The position numbers and the translations under genes were made by a program. Shown here one piece after another: positions 21,698-35,019 of a DNA stretch of 56,136 nucleotides. The notes below the pieces were generated by a model, which saw nothing but the letters and a program-made list of their open reading frames with translations, was not told the DNA's origin and made no database searches. This stretch comes from Octopus bimaculoides. Taxonomy: Eukaryota. The stretch's first letter is position 1; each line of letters begins with the position of its first letter. The stretch is taken from contig NC_068983.1 of the NCBI RefSeq assembly GCF_001194135.2, positions 25,006,523 through 25,062,658 of the forward strand, read 5' to 3'.

Positions 21698-24600
21698 TTT
21701 ATTAATGTAGTGGACTGGTATTTATTGAGCTCCGAAAGGATCAAAGGCACAGCCAGAAGAAATGCAGGTTACTCCATCTTTGAAATGAACTTTGTATAGT
21801 GTTACACCATATATACTTAATAAGCGTATATTCACAGCAGCGCTGGACAGAACAGAGTAGACTAGAGACTGGCTGTTGCGACTATATATATATGCACATT
21901 GCCCCTTGGGCAAATGTTTTCTATAAACCTAGGCCAACCAAACCTTACGTGTAGGTTTGGTAGACAGAAACTGAAAGAAACCCGTTGTGTGTGTGTGTAT
22001 ATATATATATGTGTGTGTGTGTATGTATGTATGCATGCATGCATGCGCGCTTAATCTTCATAAATTCACATCGTTTTAATCCGTCCAACTTCTGATGATG
22101 GATCTTTGTGCTTGAAATCCACGAAGCTACTTAGCTTTCCTTTTTCGCACAGTAAGAACTTCTTCGTTTGCATTATTTGCTATTTTTTTTTCTTATTTAT
22201 AAATGAATTTATTGAGCACTCTCGCGAACAGCGTATTGCCTGAATAGTTTCGATCACAGCAGTTAAGATCTGATTTCTTCTTGCCAGAAGGTGCACTTTA
22301 TCCTACGATAATATATTCAAGAGGACAACAAAGAAGATATATCTCAATCGGCAATCTATTTATTTGTTCTTTGCAGCTGTTTTCAGTATAAAACTGTCAA
22401 AACATTCCAAATACTATAAAAATAGTACACTTTAATATTAAGTTCTTGAGAAATAGTCTTTTGACTCTGTTGGTTTACTTGTCCATTTGCCATACAGTTT
22501 CAGTGATTGTTATGTTTTCCTCTCTACATTATTGTTCACTAAGAACTGTTCTGTCTTATTACTCACTCGACGAATTGTTGACAAGAAAGTAGGAAATGAG
22601 AAACAACTAGAAAAGACGTTCGGCTAACAAATGCAACAAAGATACACGCCGAAAGCTTGAATACGTTAAATTCAGTGTTCTATCAACTCCGTGGAAATAA
22701 GGAAAATAATATAGATAAAATAATAACCCCCCCCCCNNNNNNNNNNCCCCCGCTTTTAGAGATTAGGAAGAAGATAACTTGTGTATTTCAGAAATTCAAA
22801 TAGTTTTCCTACATCAAATAAGTAAGAGCGTACAAACGTCAACATTCAGTAAATGCCATTGCAGACGTTACATTAAACGAAGTTGGTAGACCGATAATTT
22901 CGAGCAATCCACATTGAAATCAATAATGTATTTAACAAAACTAGCTGCTAGCATATTTCAACACAATAATACAAACAAATTACAATTTGAAAATTTGGGA
23001 GAAAGAATTCAGAAATATACGTTATGTTCACCAAGAATGCCTATGCTATCTACTTCGCTTGGTTAATAAGGCTTTAGGAATTTAGTGAATAGGAAACGCA
23101 ATCAATCTCAGTTGGCATTTGCGATGATATCTATTTATTTACATGCCCTGTGTCAGGATGAGATCTCTCAAGTGCTGTAAAGCTATTCATCCCAATGGAT
23201 GAATTTCTCTGACCTTCCTTTAACATCTAGTTTGAGTTTGGCAGCTGCTATAAGGCTTTTTCTGTAGCTGCTGATAACTGCACCATGTTGCAGATAGAAG
23301 GCATAACAAGAAATGAAATAAATACAGATATTGCAGTTTGTAATCTGAGTTATGGTTAACGTTATTGCTAAGCAGTTAAGAAGTTCGCGTCACAGCAATG
23401 TAGTTTTCTATCTGATCCAACTCCACAACATGAGGCAAGTCTCTTCTCCCGTAACCTCGGGTTCGTCTATAGTTTCAGAGTGAAATTTAAAAGTAGGATG
23501 TAGAATCCCATCATATATATACGTATGTATAGATGTATATGTGAGTTCGATTCCTGGCAGTGCGCTGTGTCCTTGGGCAAGACACTTTATTGCACGTTTA
23601 GTCCACTCGGCTGGTAAAAATGGGCTGTACCTGTAATTCAAAGGGCAAGCCTTGTCACATTTTATGATAAGAGCCACTTGTACGTTAATTTTATGAACAG
23701 ACTGTTCCATTGATCAAATCAACTGGAGCACACGTTGTCATCATCGACGGACTGCTAGTTTTTAATTTATGTATACATAACTACATAAACATGTATGTAT
23801 GTATGTATGTATGTATGTGTGGAGGCGCAATGGCCCAGTGATTAGGGCAACGGACTCGCGGTCGTAGGATCGCGGTTTTAATTCCCAGACCAGGCGTTGT
23901 GAGTGTTTAGTGAGCGAAAACACCTAAAGTTCCACAAGGCTCCGGCAGGGGATGGTGGCAAACCCTGCTGTACTCTTTCACCACAACTTTCTCTCACTCT
24001 TACTTCCTGTTTCTGTTGTACCTGTATTTCAAAGGGCCAGCCTTGTCACACTGTGTCACGCTGAATATCCCCGAGAACTACGTTAAGGGTACACGTGTCT
24101 GTGGAGTGCTCAGTCACTTGCACGTTAATTTCACGAGTAGTCTGTTCCGTTGATCGGATCAACTGGAATCCTCGTCGCCGTAACCGACGGAGTGCCAACC
24201 ATGTATGTATGTATTTAAGATATGAAATAGTTCCATATTCCGCAGATGTATATAATCTTAACGTAATATACAAATATATTTTAAGGCGGCGAACTGGCAG
24301 AAACATTAGCACGCCGGCGAAATGCTTAACGGTATTTCGTCTGCCGTTACTTTCTGAGTTCAAATCCCGCTGAGGTCGACTTTAGCTTTTATCCTTTCGG
24401 GGTCGATTAAATAAGCACCAGTTACGCACTGGGGAAAGATGTAATCGACTTAATCCCTTTGTTTTTCCTCTTTTTGTTTAGCCCCCTTTGGGCAATAAAG
24501 AAACAAATATATATAAATATGCAGTACATTCATGTATTCGTATGCATATGTATATATTACAGCATTCTTCAGTTTTCCTTATAGGAATGTATGTATATAT

Positions 24601-24733
24601 GTGTGTGTCTGTGTGTGTTTGCAAATATATATATTTATGTATATATATATTTCTTGCTTGTAAACTGAAATGGCGAAATCAAAGCATTCAGCGCCTTGAA
24701 ATGAAATCAGTATATATATATATATATATATAT

Positions 24734-25638
24734 NNNNNNNNNNNNNNNNNNNNNNNNNNNNNNNNNNNNNNNNNNNNNNNNNNNNNNNNNNNNNNNNNNN
24801 NNNNNNNNNNNNNNNNNNNNNNNNNNNNNNNNNNNNNNNNNNNNNNNNNNNNNNNNNNNNNNNNNNNNNNNNNNNNNNNNNNNNNNNNNNNNNNNNNNNN
24901 NNNNNNNNNNNNNNNNNNNNNNNNNNNNNNNNNNNNNNNNNNNNNNNNNNNNNNNNNNNNNNNNNNNNNNNNNNNNNNNNNNNNNNNNNNNNNNNNNNNN
25001 NNNNNNNNNNNNNNNNNNNNNNNNNNNNNNNNNNNNNNNNNNNNNNNNNNNNNNNNNNNNNNNNNNNNNNNNNNNNNNNNNNNNNNNNNNNNNNNNNNNN
25101 NNNNNNNNNNNNNNNNNNNNNNNNNNNNNNNNNNNNNNNNNNNNNNNNNNNNNNNNNNNNNNNNNNNNNNNNNNNNNNNNNNNNNNNNNNNNNNNNNNNN
25201 NNNNNNNNNNNNNNNNNNNNNNNNNNNNNNNNNNNNNNNNNNNNNNNNNNNNNNNNNNNNNNNNNNNNNNNNNNNNNNNNNNNNNNNNNNNNNNNNNNNN
25301 NNNNNNNNNNNNNNNNNNNNNNNNNNNNNNNNNNNNNNNNNNNNNNNNNNNNNNNNNNNNNNNNNNNNNNNNNNNNNNNNNNNNNNNNNNNNNNNNNNNN
25401 NNNNNNNNNNNNNNNNNNNNNNNNNNNNNNNNNNNNNNNNNNNNNNNNNNNNNNNNNNNNNNNNNNNNNNNNNNNNNNNNNNNNNNNNNNNNNNNNNNNN
25501 NNNNNNNNNNNNNNNNNNNNNNNNNNNNNNNNNNNNNNNNNNNNNNNNNNNNNNNNNNNNNNNNNNNNNNNNNNNNNNNNNNNNNNNNNNNNNNNNNNNN
25601 NNNNNNNNNNNNNNNNNNNNNNNNNNNNNNNNNNNNNN
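24734..25638. other. Assembly gap (largest; others include 3828-4601, 6481-6672, 41526-42011, 46793-47110, 48358-48722, 55343-55482)
   Basis: Runs of N, mostly bordered by microsatellites. Confidence 0.99.
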
Positions 25639-26049
25639 CAACTGGTACTTATTTTATCGATTACGAAAGGGATAAAAGGCAAAGCCAACACCGGCGGAAT
25701 TTGAATTCAACGTCAAGTTGGAATAAATGCCGCTAAGCATTTTCCCGGCGCAGTAATGATTCTACCAGCTCATCGCCTTAAGGAATATGACAATAATGGT
25801 TTCAAATTTTGGCCCAAGGACAGCTATTTCGGGGCAGGGACTAGGTTGATTACATTGACACCAGTGCCAACTGATACTTATTTTATCGACCCCGAAATGG
25901 ATGAAAGACAAAATCGACTTCAGCAGAATTTGAATTCAGAGCGTAATGACGGATAAAATGCCGCTAAGCGTGCTAAAGATTCTACCATCTCACCGCCTTA
26001 AGGAATATGATAATATCAACATTAAGTGTAGCAGCTCTTGGACTTGTGA

Positions 26050-26600
26050 CTTATACATCATGTTCATATCGATTGCTTCTGCAATCGAAAAGCAGGAGAT
26101 AACAATAAAGTATCTAATGAACAGAGAGTGAAGCCCTTAACCTCCCAAGATGCAACCATAAATGTTAATTATATCAATCTTCTGTGGCGGATATAATATA
26201 TATAATCAGTAACTGTCCTGAAATGTCATCGAGGTACTAACTCCCATTGCACGGTACAATGCCATTCAAATAATATACAATGCCGCCCACAGAAAAGAAA
26301 AAAAAAAGAACTTGCCTATATAATATATAAAAATAAACATCTTTGTTATTGAAAGAATACATCTATAACAACAGAACGAATATCATCAGAACATTCCAGT
26401 CAAAACGTCTACCAGTTGCAAATAAAACGAGCCTGATATAGTTATTTGGAACTAAAAAGAAAAGATCATGCATAGTCATAGAGGATAACTGCTCTAAGAA
26501 TGTGTGTATCTTTTTCAAAATCAGCGAGAAGGAGGAATATTTATGGACAGTTATTTCGAAACCTATAGCTTTAGCATGACACATTTACATATACAGCAAT
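26050..26600 (+). mobile_element. Second R4/Dong-type non-LTR fragment (CCHC knuckle and PD-(D/E)xK region)
   Basis: Across frames: AIEKQEITIKYLMNR, HKC*LY...IISNCPEMSSRY*LP, EPDIVIWN*KEK and SCIVIE...EKEEY. Confidence 0.68.
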
Positions 26601-27195
26601 AATTGTGGGTACATCAATTTTGTTATTAACTGTCTTGGCAATAATCTGAAAAAAGCTGGGATTTTCGGAGAGGAGAAAGAAACTGTTTAACATGCACTTT
26701 AAAAACGGAATCTCTAACTGAGATATAAAAATTGGCAAGATTTTCCCTAAAGTTCAACACGTAACACTTACAATTGTTGTTATTCAAATTCCAGCGTTAG
26801 AGCTTTTTTCCTTTACTAGAAACCAGCTCCATTCCAGAAAAAATCCTAGTATATGAGAGGGCTTACGCACCAACCAAACAGCCACTGACATAGTATATTG
26901 CAAAGAATTGGATAAATCACATTACTTAAAGTTTCAAAGTGAGAAAAATACTGTTCGTCGTTCTGTTGTCAGTCTCTGAGTCATATCCATCCATCTGTTC
27001 ATGCGCACATGCAAGCGTTCACATACATATATATGCAGATACATACATACATACATACATACATACATACAAAGAACATATATAAATGGACATGCATACA
27101 TGCAAGCATGTTTACATACATACAAACGTGTGTGTGTGTATTCAAAATAAATTGTGAATTATTAATTAGTTTCAGTTTGTTTTTCTTCATATCAG

Positions 27196-27273
27196 ATTTC
27201 CAGAATATGTTACAAGTTTTGTATTGAAGAATTTGGTCCACGTATTAGCTTTGCTTTTTGGAAATCCAATCAG
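27196..27273 (+). CDS. INTU: Inturned exon (78 nt)
   Basis: ttcatatcag|A...ATCAG|gtaaga; phase 2-2. Encodes (L)FPEYVTSFVLKNLVHVLALLFGNPI. Confidence 0.85.
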
Positions 27274-27892
27274 GTAAGAAGTGTTTTTTCTGTTAGTATT
27301 TTTATTGTCTGACTTCGATTGTACATGTTACTAGTTGCGAAAGCTATATTACATAAAAATACAATTCCAACATATGTGTGTGTGTGTGTGTGTGTGTGTG
27401 TTGCGGTGAACTAGCATACCGGGCAAAATGCTTAACGGCATTTCGCCCGTCTTCACATTCCGAGTTCAAATTCCGCTGAGGTCAACTATACCTTTCATCC
27501 TTTTAGGGTCTATAAAATAAGTAGCAGTTAAGCACTGGTTTTGATGTAATCGATTTACCCCCACCTCCGAAATCGCAGGCCTTATGCCAAAGTTTGAAAT
27601 CAGTACATACATACATACATACATACATATAAATATACAAACACACATACATATATACATACTTACTTATATGCATACATATATATGTATTGTTCTTGCC
27701 TTTGAACCACGGAGTAGATGGAACAGGGACAACTGAAGAAGGGAAATATTCTTTATGTTGCATGTCTCGTTTCTCTGTTTGTTTTTTTCGTTGTTCGAAA
27801 AAAAGTTCGTTTTCTGTCTTCGTCTTTATGTTTTCGTTTCTCATTGTGTATAACGTTGTTTGTGATGTCCTGTACCCATATATGCATGTATG

Positions 27893-27928
<36 letters not shown>

Positions 27929-28072
27929 TGTAGGTATGTACATATATGTATGGATATATGCATATATTTATATATGTTTTATGTTATTATACACACATAC
28001 ACAGATATATATTTGGCAGGAATGTCAACAAAAGAAAGAAAGAGACCTCGATATTATGCAAATAGAGGAATG

Positions 28073-28333
28073 TATCTGTAAAGATATGTGACACTTAATC
28101 AGTAGCCATGATAAAACTCCGAGTTTCCGATGCCCGGGCATCGGAAACTAATTTTCCCTGTTTATTTTCCCTGTTTATTTCCCTTTGTTTTTATTTCCAT
28201 AACGGTTATTTTTCAAAAGAATCTCCGGTAGCTGGATAACTGAAGAGATGGATGGAGCGGAACCCCGCCCGGGCATCGGAAACTCGGAGTTTTATCATGG
28301 CTACTGAATAAGTGTCACATATCTTTACAGATA
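28073..28333. mobile_element. MITE / fold-back element with ~67-bp terminal inverted repeats and TA ends
   Basis: 28073-28139 is the reverse complement of 28267-28333 with one mismatch. Contains a 28-bp perfect palindrome at 28122-28149 and internal 13-bp tandem repeats. Confidence 0.85.
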
Positions 28334-28336
28334 TAT

Positions 28337-28397
<61 letters not shown>

Positions 28398-31300
28398 ATT
28401 CCTTCAAAGTTTTATTTCTCATTGCTGAAGTAATTGTTTTCTAAAAAGATTATGCTGTGGAAAGACATGCAGTTTATTGAACTTTCGTTATGTAGTACAC
28501 GTAGATAACTGATATTCACAGAAATAGATGCATGTTTAACAACAACGAAAAGGAAACGACAATAAACACGAAGTAATTATATATATAAATAGATATTTTG
28601 GGTTTAACAGATTCATTTCTATCCGGTGCATCGGCGCTTTACATTTCAGGGAGGCTAATGAGGGATACCTGATTATCTGGTGGGCTCTTTCCTGCAAAAA
28701 TACCTCTCAGGCTAGTTGATCTCTGACAGGACTCTAATCCCTTTACAGGACCAGAACGCAGTTTTCTCGTGCTTTGTCAAACTTCTCTTCTCGGATCTAC
28801 GTATAAGCATCTTTCACCGTTCTAATTACGGATGGAGCGAAACGACATCAACTGTATAGTACTATTTAACCGTATCATTAACATGTGTGTAGGTAACTTA
28901 TAGTGCTAATTTCCATTGCTATAAATCTGAATTATAATACAAGTGTTCACCGCATTTTCTTTATTTCAATCGAAATCATGACAGCAACGTCAAATGCAAA
29001 TCAATACTAGTGTATGACAACTTAAACGGTGATGACCTCGACGAATTCAGCTGATCAAACAACTATATACTGATCGTCGAGAATGACGGCGAAGCCACCA
29101 CAACAGCATCAGAATGCACTTTCGGAGATGTATATTCGCTTCAGTCGCTGTATCAAATCATCTCCAGATATAATGTAAATTCCTTCTTAGTTCCTGTGGG
29201 TCTTTTTAAGGAGATACTTAGCTTTGGCTTCATGGTATAAATCTGATTTGAAGCAAACCTCCCTACTGCAGATAGAATTTGTCTATCGCGGTTAACACTT
29301 AATTTCCAGATGATTTAACCAACATCCTTGAGAAGTAATAAAATTAATTGGTGTAGGATAAAACACGAAACTCTTTCCTACCAGTGATGTAATAGTTCAA
29401 TGATGTATTTTGTGTGTACGAACGCCCGGGAAGATATTGTATTCAATTAACGTTTCGAGTCAGAATAGACATAGTGGCAACTGGTGATAGCTGAGCCAAT
29501 TGGGTATCGGACGGTGAACTGAAAAATCGTGGTATGTATAATGTGTTGTACCTCGTCAAAATATTTAGCCTCTAACAGGTTTTGGCTAAAAAAACGACAA
29601 AAACCAAAAACAGCATAATAAAACAAACGCTCAACTATCAATAAGTTGTCTAATATTTTATGTAGTTCAATATTTTATCCGCTCAGCCATCTCGCCTCTA
29701 AAGCAGCTTAATGCATTGCTATTCAATTACACTTCTCCAGCAGAAGATACGATGAAAAATATAGCTGTCATTTCCATAAGCGAATTGATTTCAGATACTG
29801 TAATGTGCAATGGCTAATTTATCAGGACACGATAGCTATCTTCGTGGCAACATTTTACTGTTTCCAATGGTGCTAGTATGTTATGATGTAGAATTTGAAT
29901 TGACATTTTATGAGTTTGTTATGTTCTGTGATTTATTGGGTTCGTTGGAACGTCAGTGGAGATATTGTGTTCATATAATGGGTCAAGGCAAGATAGAAGG
30001 AGTGAAAACTGTAAATAGCAGAGACGATTAGACGGTTAAGGACTTCGTGTGAATTATTCTTTAATCGGTGCTGCACTCTGGTCAAGATTGTTCGCGTTCA
30101 ATGTCACGCTCTTGCCAGTTGTAAATATGCATCAAGGGCAGCGATACAGCTCACTAACTGTGAAAAGTGTATATACATGAATAGTGACATTTCGTTAACT
30201 CGTACAGTTGTGTCAAATTCCATTTATGAAGTTGATCATAATTAAGACATTAACAACGCTGTTCAGTTCCAGCACTAATTCTCTAATTACGCAACGATAT
30301 CTATATCGATCCAGATTAAACATGAAAATGATCGATAATTATTTCCTCTGGTTTCTTTTATTTAAGCTCATCACTATTAGCTAATAGAAACACTCGTGTT
30401 TAATATAATGCTTTTGAGTTTATACATTATCATTTTTAAATGATTCTATTAAAAGAGTAAGAGCGGTGACCATGATATTTTTCCGGGCTTCCCTGAGTGG
30501 AGTGAAAAAAATATACTCAGGTCGGAGATCTAACCCGAATGGTTGTAATCATTTATGCTCCGCTAAAGGCAGAGAAGGGCCTAATGGTGGTATTAAACTA
30601 GGCGACGGATTAAGTCTAATGCTCAGTAAGGACAGCTCGGCTTACAGCAACTCTTTATCTATTCTTTTTGTCAGCGGCACATCGCAGTCCCAGAAGGCAG
30701 GGTAAGAACTTCTGATTCATTAATCCAAGGGTTACCAAATGTTTTTTTTTTCCAGTGTATCAGTTTGTCATATCCAGCAGTGTTAGTCTACTCCTCATGA
30801 AGAATATACTCTGAAATGGTTGAATACCATAAAATAGACAATAGTGGATACCATTTTATGGATAACATAAAACAATGGATAATTTGTTATTATTACGTCT
30901 TGAAGTCAAGACGTGCAAGCAACATATTTAACAAAATATCGTTTTCCTTCATAAATTCTATTTATTAAATATGAAGGTATATTATTGAAATGGAGTTTTG
31001 ATTACTTCAAATTCCATTTTCTTTTACAAATCTCGCTTACCCAGGTATTTTCTTTTGCGTACTTTATTTTGAAAATCCCTAAAAGTAATCAGTGGATAAC
31101 TAACTATCACCTAGTTGAAGATCTTCATAGTTTTGTTATTGTTTACGCTAAAATCATTGAATAGGAATTCTTTGTCCTATGCATGCGACATCAAACTTTA
31201 CTGTAAATCATTTCAGACATTCGTAAAAAAAAAAAATACAAAAAATCTTTTTCTCTTACTAAGTTTGAAACAAAAATGTTCTGCCAAACTTCGAAAATAT

Positions 31301-32439
31301 GTAGAAAATGTATAACAAATATGTTAAATGCGTTGGTTTTTTTATCCTTTATCACAACATCGACATAGTGTAAATATTTGTGGAAGATATAATAAAGAGT
31401 AAAATAAAATCGAGGAGACACACAACTAGTGAAAGAATATTGAAAATGAAAACAGATTTCACTTGAAATTCGTATCAGCTTTTAGACTCATTCAGAAGTC
31501 GTTTGTTCTGTATTAATGGTTTTATAGATTATGAAATCACACATGCGCAGCGTTATAAGTAGAGTAGAGAGGACGAAATATAGGATGTTCAGTGAATACA
31601 TTTATTTATTCCTTATAATTCTTTCCATTGCTTAAGTTGTTTAGTCCCAGGGCAGCACATACTATTCCGGTTCTCTTTTTAGAATCCAATGTCTTAAAGT
31701 TTTAATGCGTCAAGGAAATATATCATCCGATATACATTAGACATTTAAGACGGCATGGTATAATTTCAGAGTGATTTGGCTGCAACTTCTACGAAGTCGA
31801 GCATAAGATGTATTCATGTGCTCGACTTTCTGTGGAGGCGATAGATAGATGACTGCGTTTTCAAAAAAAAAAAAAAAAAAATGCGTCAATCTTAGTTGCT
31901 ATTTTTTTTTTGCTCCTTACGAATGATTGTTCATGGGATGGACTTGCTTCGACATGAAATAACTGCTCTACATGCTGCAAATTTCAGTATTATAGTTTCA
32001 GCGATATCATTTATCACAGTAGTATTTCGATCAGAATTTGCTTGAAAGTCGGAAGAAATATTTTGCGGTTTTCTTCCGGCTCTTTATTCAAAGAATTTAA
32101 ATCTCGGTGAGGTCAAAATTGCTTGTCATTTCTCCGGAATCGATGAAATAAAGTCCCAGTCTTGAGTTGATGTAATTGACTAACACCTCACCTCAACAAT
32201 TGCTGCCCTTGATCCTAATTCAGAAGCAATTAATTTGAAAGGTTGCATCAAAGTATTGTGTTATTCTCCAAGGATGAACGTCGTTTCTATACTAGACTCC
32301 TACAGTATTTATTTGTCGTTGCCGACGTTTTATCGTATGTCCGATAATTTATTTGGTTTCTTCTTGATCACCTCTTCCCCTCTGTCCATGTTTATGTTTC
32401 TGACGACTAAAGCAGCGTCTATTGCGAAGTTCCCAAGGG

Positions 32440-32945
32440 ATCCGTGGTGGAGGCTTTCGCTGTTGTGTCCTTCATTTCCTTTCATGTCATTTCTGTTCCT
32501 CTTTCCTCTGCCGTTCAGCTTCAAAATGATCTGTCACAGTGGAGATGGAACGATGCCAGCTGGGCCTGTCTTGAGCTTCAATCTCCCGTAGTTTGGGATC
32601 GATTCGAGTCAGTTTTAGGCTTTGCTTCCGCTGATCCTTGTATCAATGGAGGGGACGGCCACAAAGTCTTCTTCCAGAGGAAAGCTCACCATAGAAAATT
32701 TGACGCGGCAGCCTATTTTTTTTTTCATTCTTGCTAGTGACCCACCCATTTCAGACGATGTTTCAGGATGGTAGCCTTGATGCTGCATTTCGTTCTCTCC
32801 AAATCGGAGACATCGGTCACATAGTCGTTCCATTTGATATTCATAATAGAGTGGAGCTTCTGTTGATGAAATCGCTCTAGTTTTTTGACGTCACTTCGGT
32901 AAAGTGTCCAGGTTTCATAATCACAGAGGAGAGTGAACAGTGTTT
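32440..32945 (-). mobile_element. RTE/BovB-like LINE ORF2 C-terminal fragment
   Basis: Minus strand reads LCDYETWTLYRSDVKKLERFHQQKLHSIMNIKWNDYV...LKHRLKWVGH, then RLPRQIFYGELSSGRR..GRP..YKDQRKQSLK..IDP..EAQDRPSW. Confidence 0.85.
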
Positions 32946-33880
32946 ATTATGTTACCTATATTAGTAGTGCAATTGTTGACTCAGCCTAAATTAGCTTTAA
33001 TAAATTCCAACTTAAACTGCACACAGATATAAAATAGAATAAATTATCAAGACAGCTGATTGTATTTTATGGCGTAAAACAAACACTAATCGGGTGACTA
33101 ACGACTCCAACAATAATCTCCGATACAAAAAAAATAAAACATTATCTAAACACTAACAACCGATATCAGTTTTTAAAACGTATCGATAACGTCCAGTAGT
33201 CAAGACAAACTTAGTTAATTAACTGAATGGAAAATTGCATTCCTTTAATCACAATAAAGTAAATGCAATTTCTCGAACTCACTTATATGCAAATGTATTA
33301 AGCTACTAAAAGCGAATCTTGATTTTTGTAAAAAATACATGCACCACAACTGAAGATAGTCTACAGAGCTGAACATGGAAAACACATTGTGATTTTATCC
33401 AGTTTGTTTAAACTTTCAACACTTTAACACCAGTCGGTATTAATATACAAGCGACAGATTTTACTGGAAGAACGATGTGGAAAGAGAAAGGTGAGCTTAA
33501 ACCTCTATAAATAGCCGAGAGGTCACCGCGACAACACCTGTTAAGTCAATTTCTTACTTCCTAGCTAGAGAAGCACTCCATAGGTTATGCTGTTAGGAAG
33601 AGATAACATCATTATGTCAAATTCTGTTTGAGGTTAACATTAGAAATAGATTTGAAAATAGCACAATGAACCTTATTTCGCAATCATACACAACTTTCAC
33701 AAAAGATAAACAAAATTTGCATACGCATTTGTAATCCAATAAACCACCAGATCAGAAATATGAGTACGTAAAAACTCTAATAATCTCAAATAAGGAGAGT
33801 TAGCCATGACAATGGCAAAGAAAATGTTCTATTCGGACCTCAGTGGTTCAGAATTGTCCTCTTCATAAGGGGAACTTATA

Positions 33881-34250
33881 ATGGCTGAAGATATGATGGA
33901 TAAAAAATTAGGAAGAAAGAGTTACGCGGAAGTGACGGAGGAAAAAAGAAAAGAGGTCGACTTGACAAATATAGAAGAGGATGGAAGAATGACACACAGA
34001 GTGGGGGATGACGTTAAGTTGTCACTACCCCAGAAGGTTTTGGAGCAAATGAACAGGAAGACCTTAGTTTATAAGGTATATTCTGTGAAAGAAAGGAGAA
34101 TGGAACACGTGAAGACAGAAGAAATAGAGAAGGCATTCAGTACGGTATGGCAAGATATAACATATCTGCCAAGAGGCAATAAATATGGAACAATTGTGGT
34201 CCATTTTAAGACAGAAGGAATAACAAGAAAACAGGCCACAACAACATCAG
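33881..34250 (+). mobile_element. Probable L1/Tx1-like LINE ORF1 N-terminal remnant
   Basis: 141-aa purine-rich ORF with an N-terminal KSYAEV motif and RRM-like EEIEKAF...YLPRGNKYGTIVVHF. No ORF2 follows. Confidence 0.5.
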
Positions 34251-35019
34251 AGGGAGCAAGCCATCGGACGTCTCCATGCTGGTCAACGTCCATGGGTCAT
34301 TGCTAATGAACTGAACTGCAGTATTCGGACAATTAGGTGGCTAAGGGAATGATACAATGGCTCAAAGAGCACGGATGATCGTCCACGCAGTGGTCGACCT
34401 AGAGTTACAACGGCAAGTCAAGCTCACCACCTTCACCGACAGCACTTGCAGGACCGATTTCGGAGGAAGCAAAATCAGCTTGGCAGACCATAGGGACATA
34501 CCACATACCCATTTGTGCAGAGACAGTTCGTCACCGGCTAAGATCTTTCAATCTGTCGTGTCGACATTTGGCTAGGGGACCCATCCTCACAGATCGTCAT
34601 CGATCAAAAACGTCAGAACTGGCTATTTTCTTTGCTTAGGAAAAATTAAAGTTCTCAATTATCACAGAACTTTTCCTAAAGAAACCATTATAGACTTAGC
34701 AACATTGTTGCCATTGTGCAGTGAGAATGAGTAATTCGCTACTAATAGGAACCATAATAAAAGAAAATTTGGGAAGCATTAATTAACGGAGTGAAACGGT
34801 TGAAAAAATTGCTGCAGTTTTCGATAATTACACTCATCTAAGTCTTGTCCTGCATATAAGATATGCTTTAATTGTGGTAAATTTTGGCCAATTTCTAGAG
34901 ACCCTACACATAATTTAGCCAGTTCGGTTCATAGTGTTGATGCGAAGAATATTAGTCCTAAGCAGTCAGACCATAGGAAAGTGACTTTACGATATTAGCT
35001 GTGTCGTAAATGGTAAATT

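Noticed and set aside
22087-22130. CUGAUGA-UGGAU...AUCCA-CGAAG hammerhead-like motif
   Set aside because: The GAAA core and stem I/III pairing are not convincing; at best a remnant.
23818-23895. tRNA-like sequence
   Set aside because: It is the head of a SINE continuing into the family body, with no acceptor stem.
28900-30050. Higher-complexity, coding-like stretch in the large intron, considered as a nested gene
   Set aside because: The frames I translated on both strands contain frequent stops and no recognisable motif. Probably an old TE; tBLASTx would decide.
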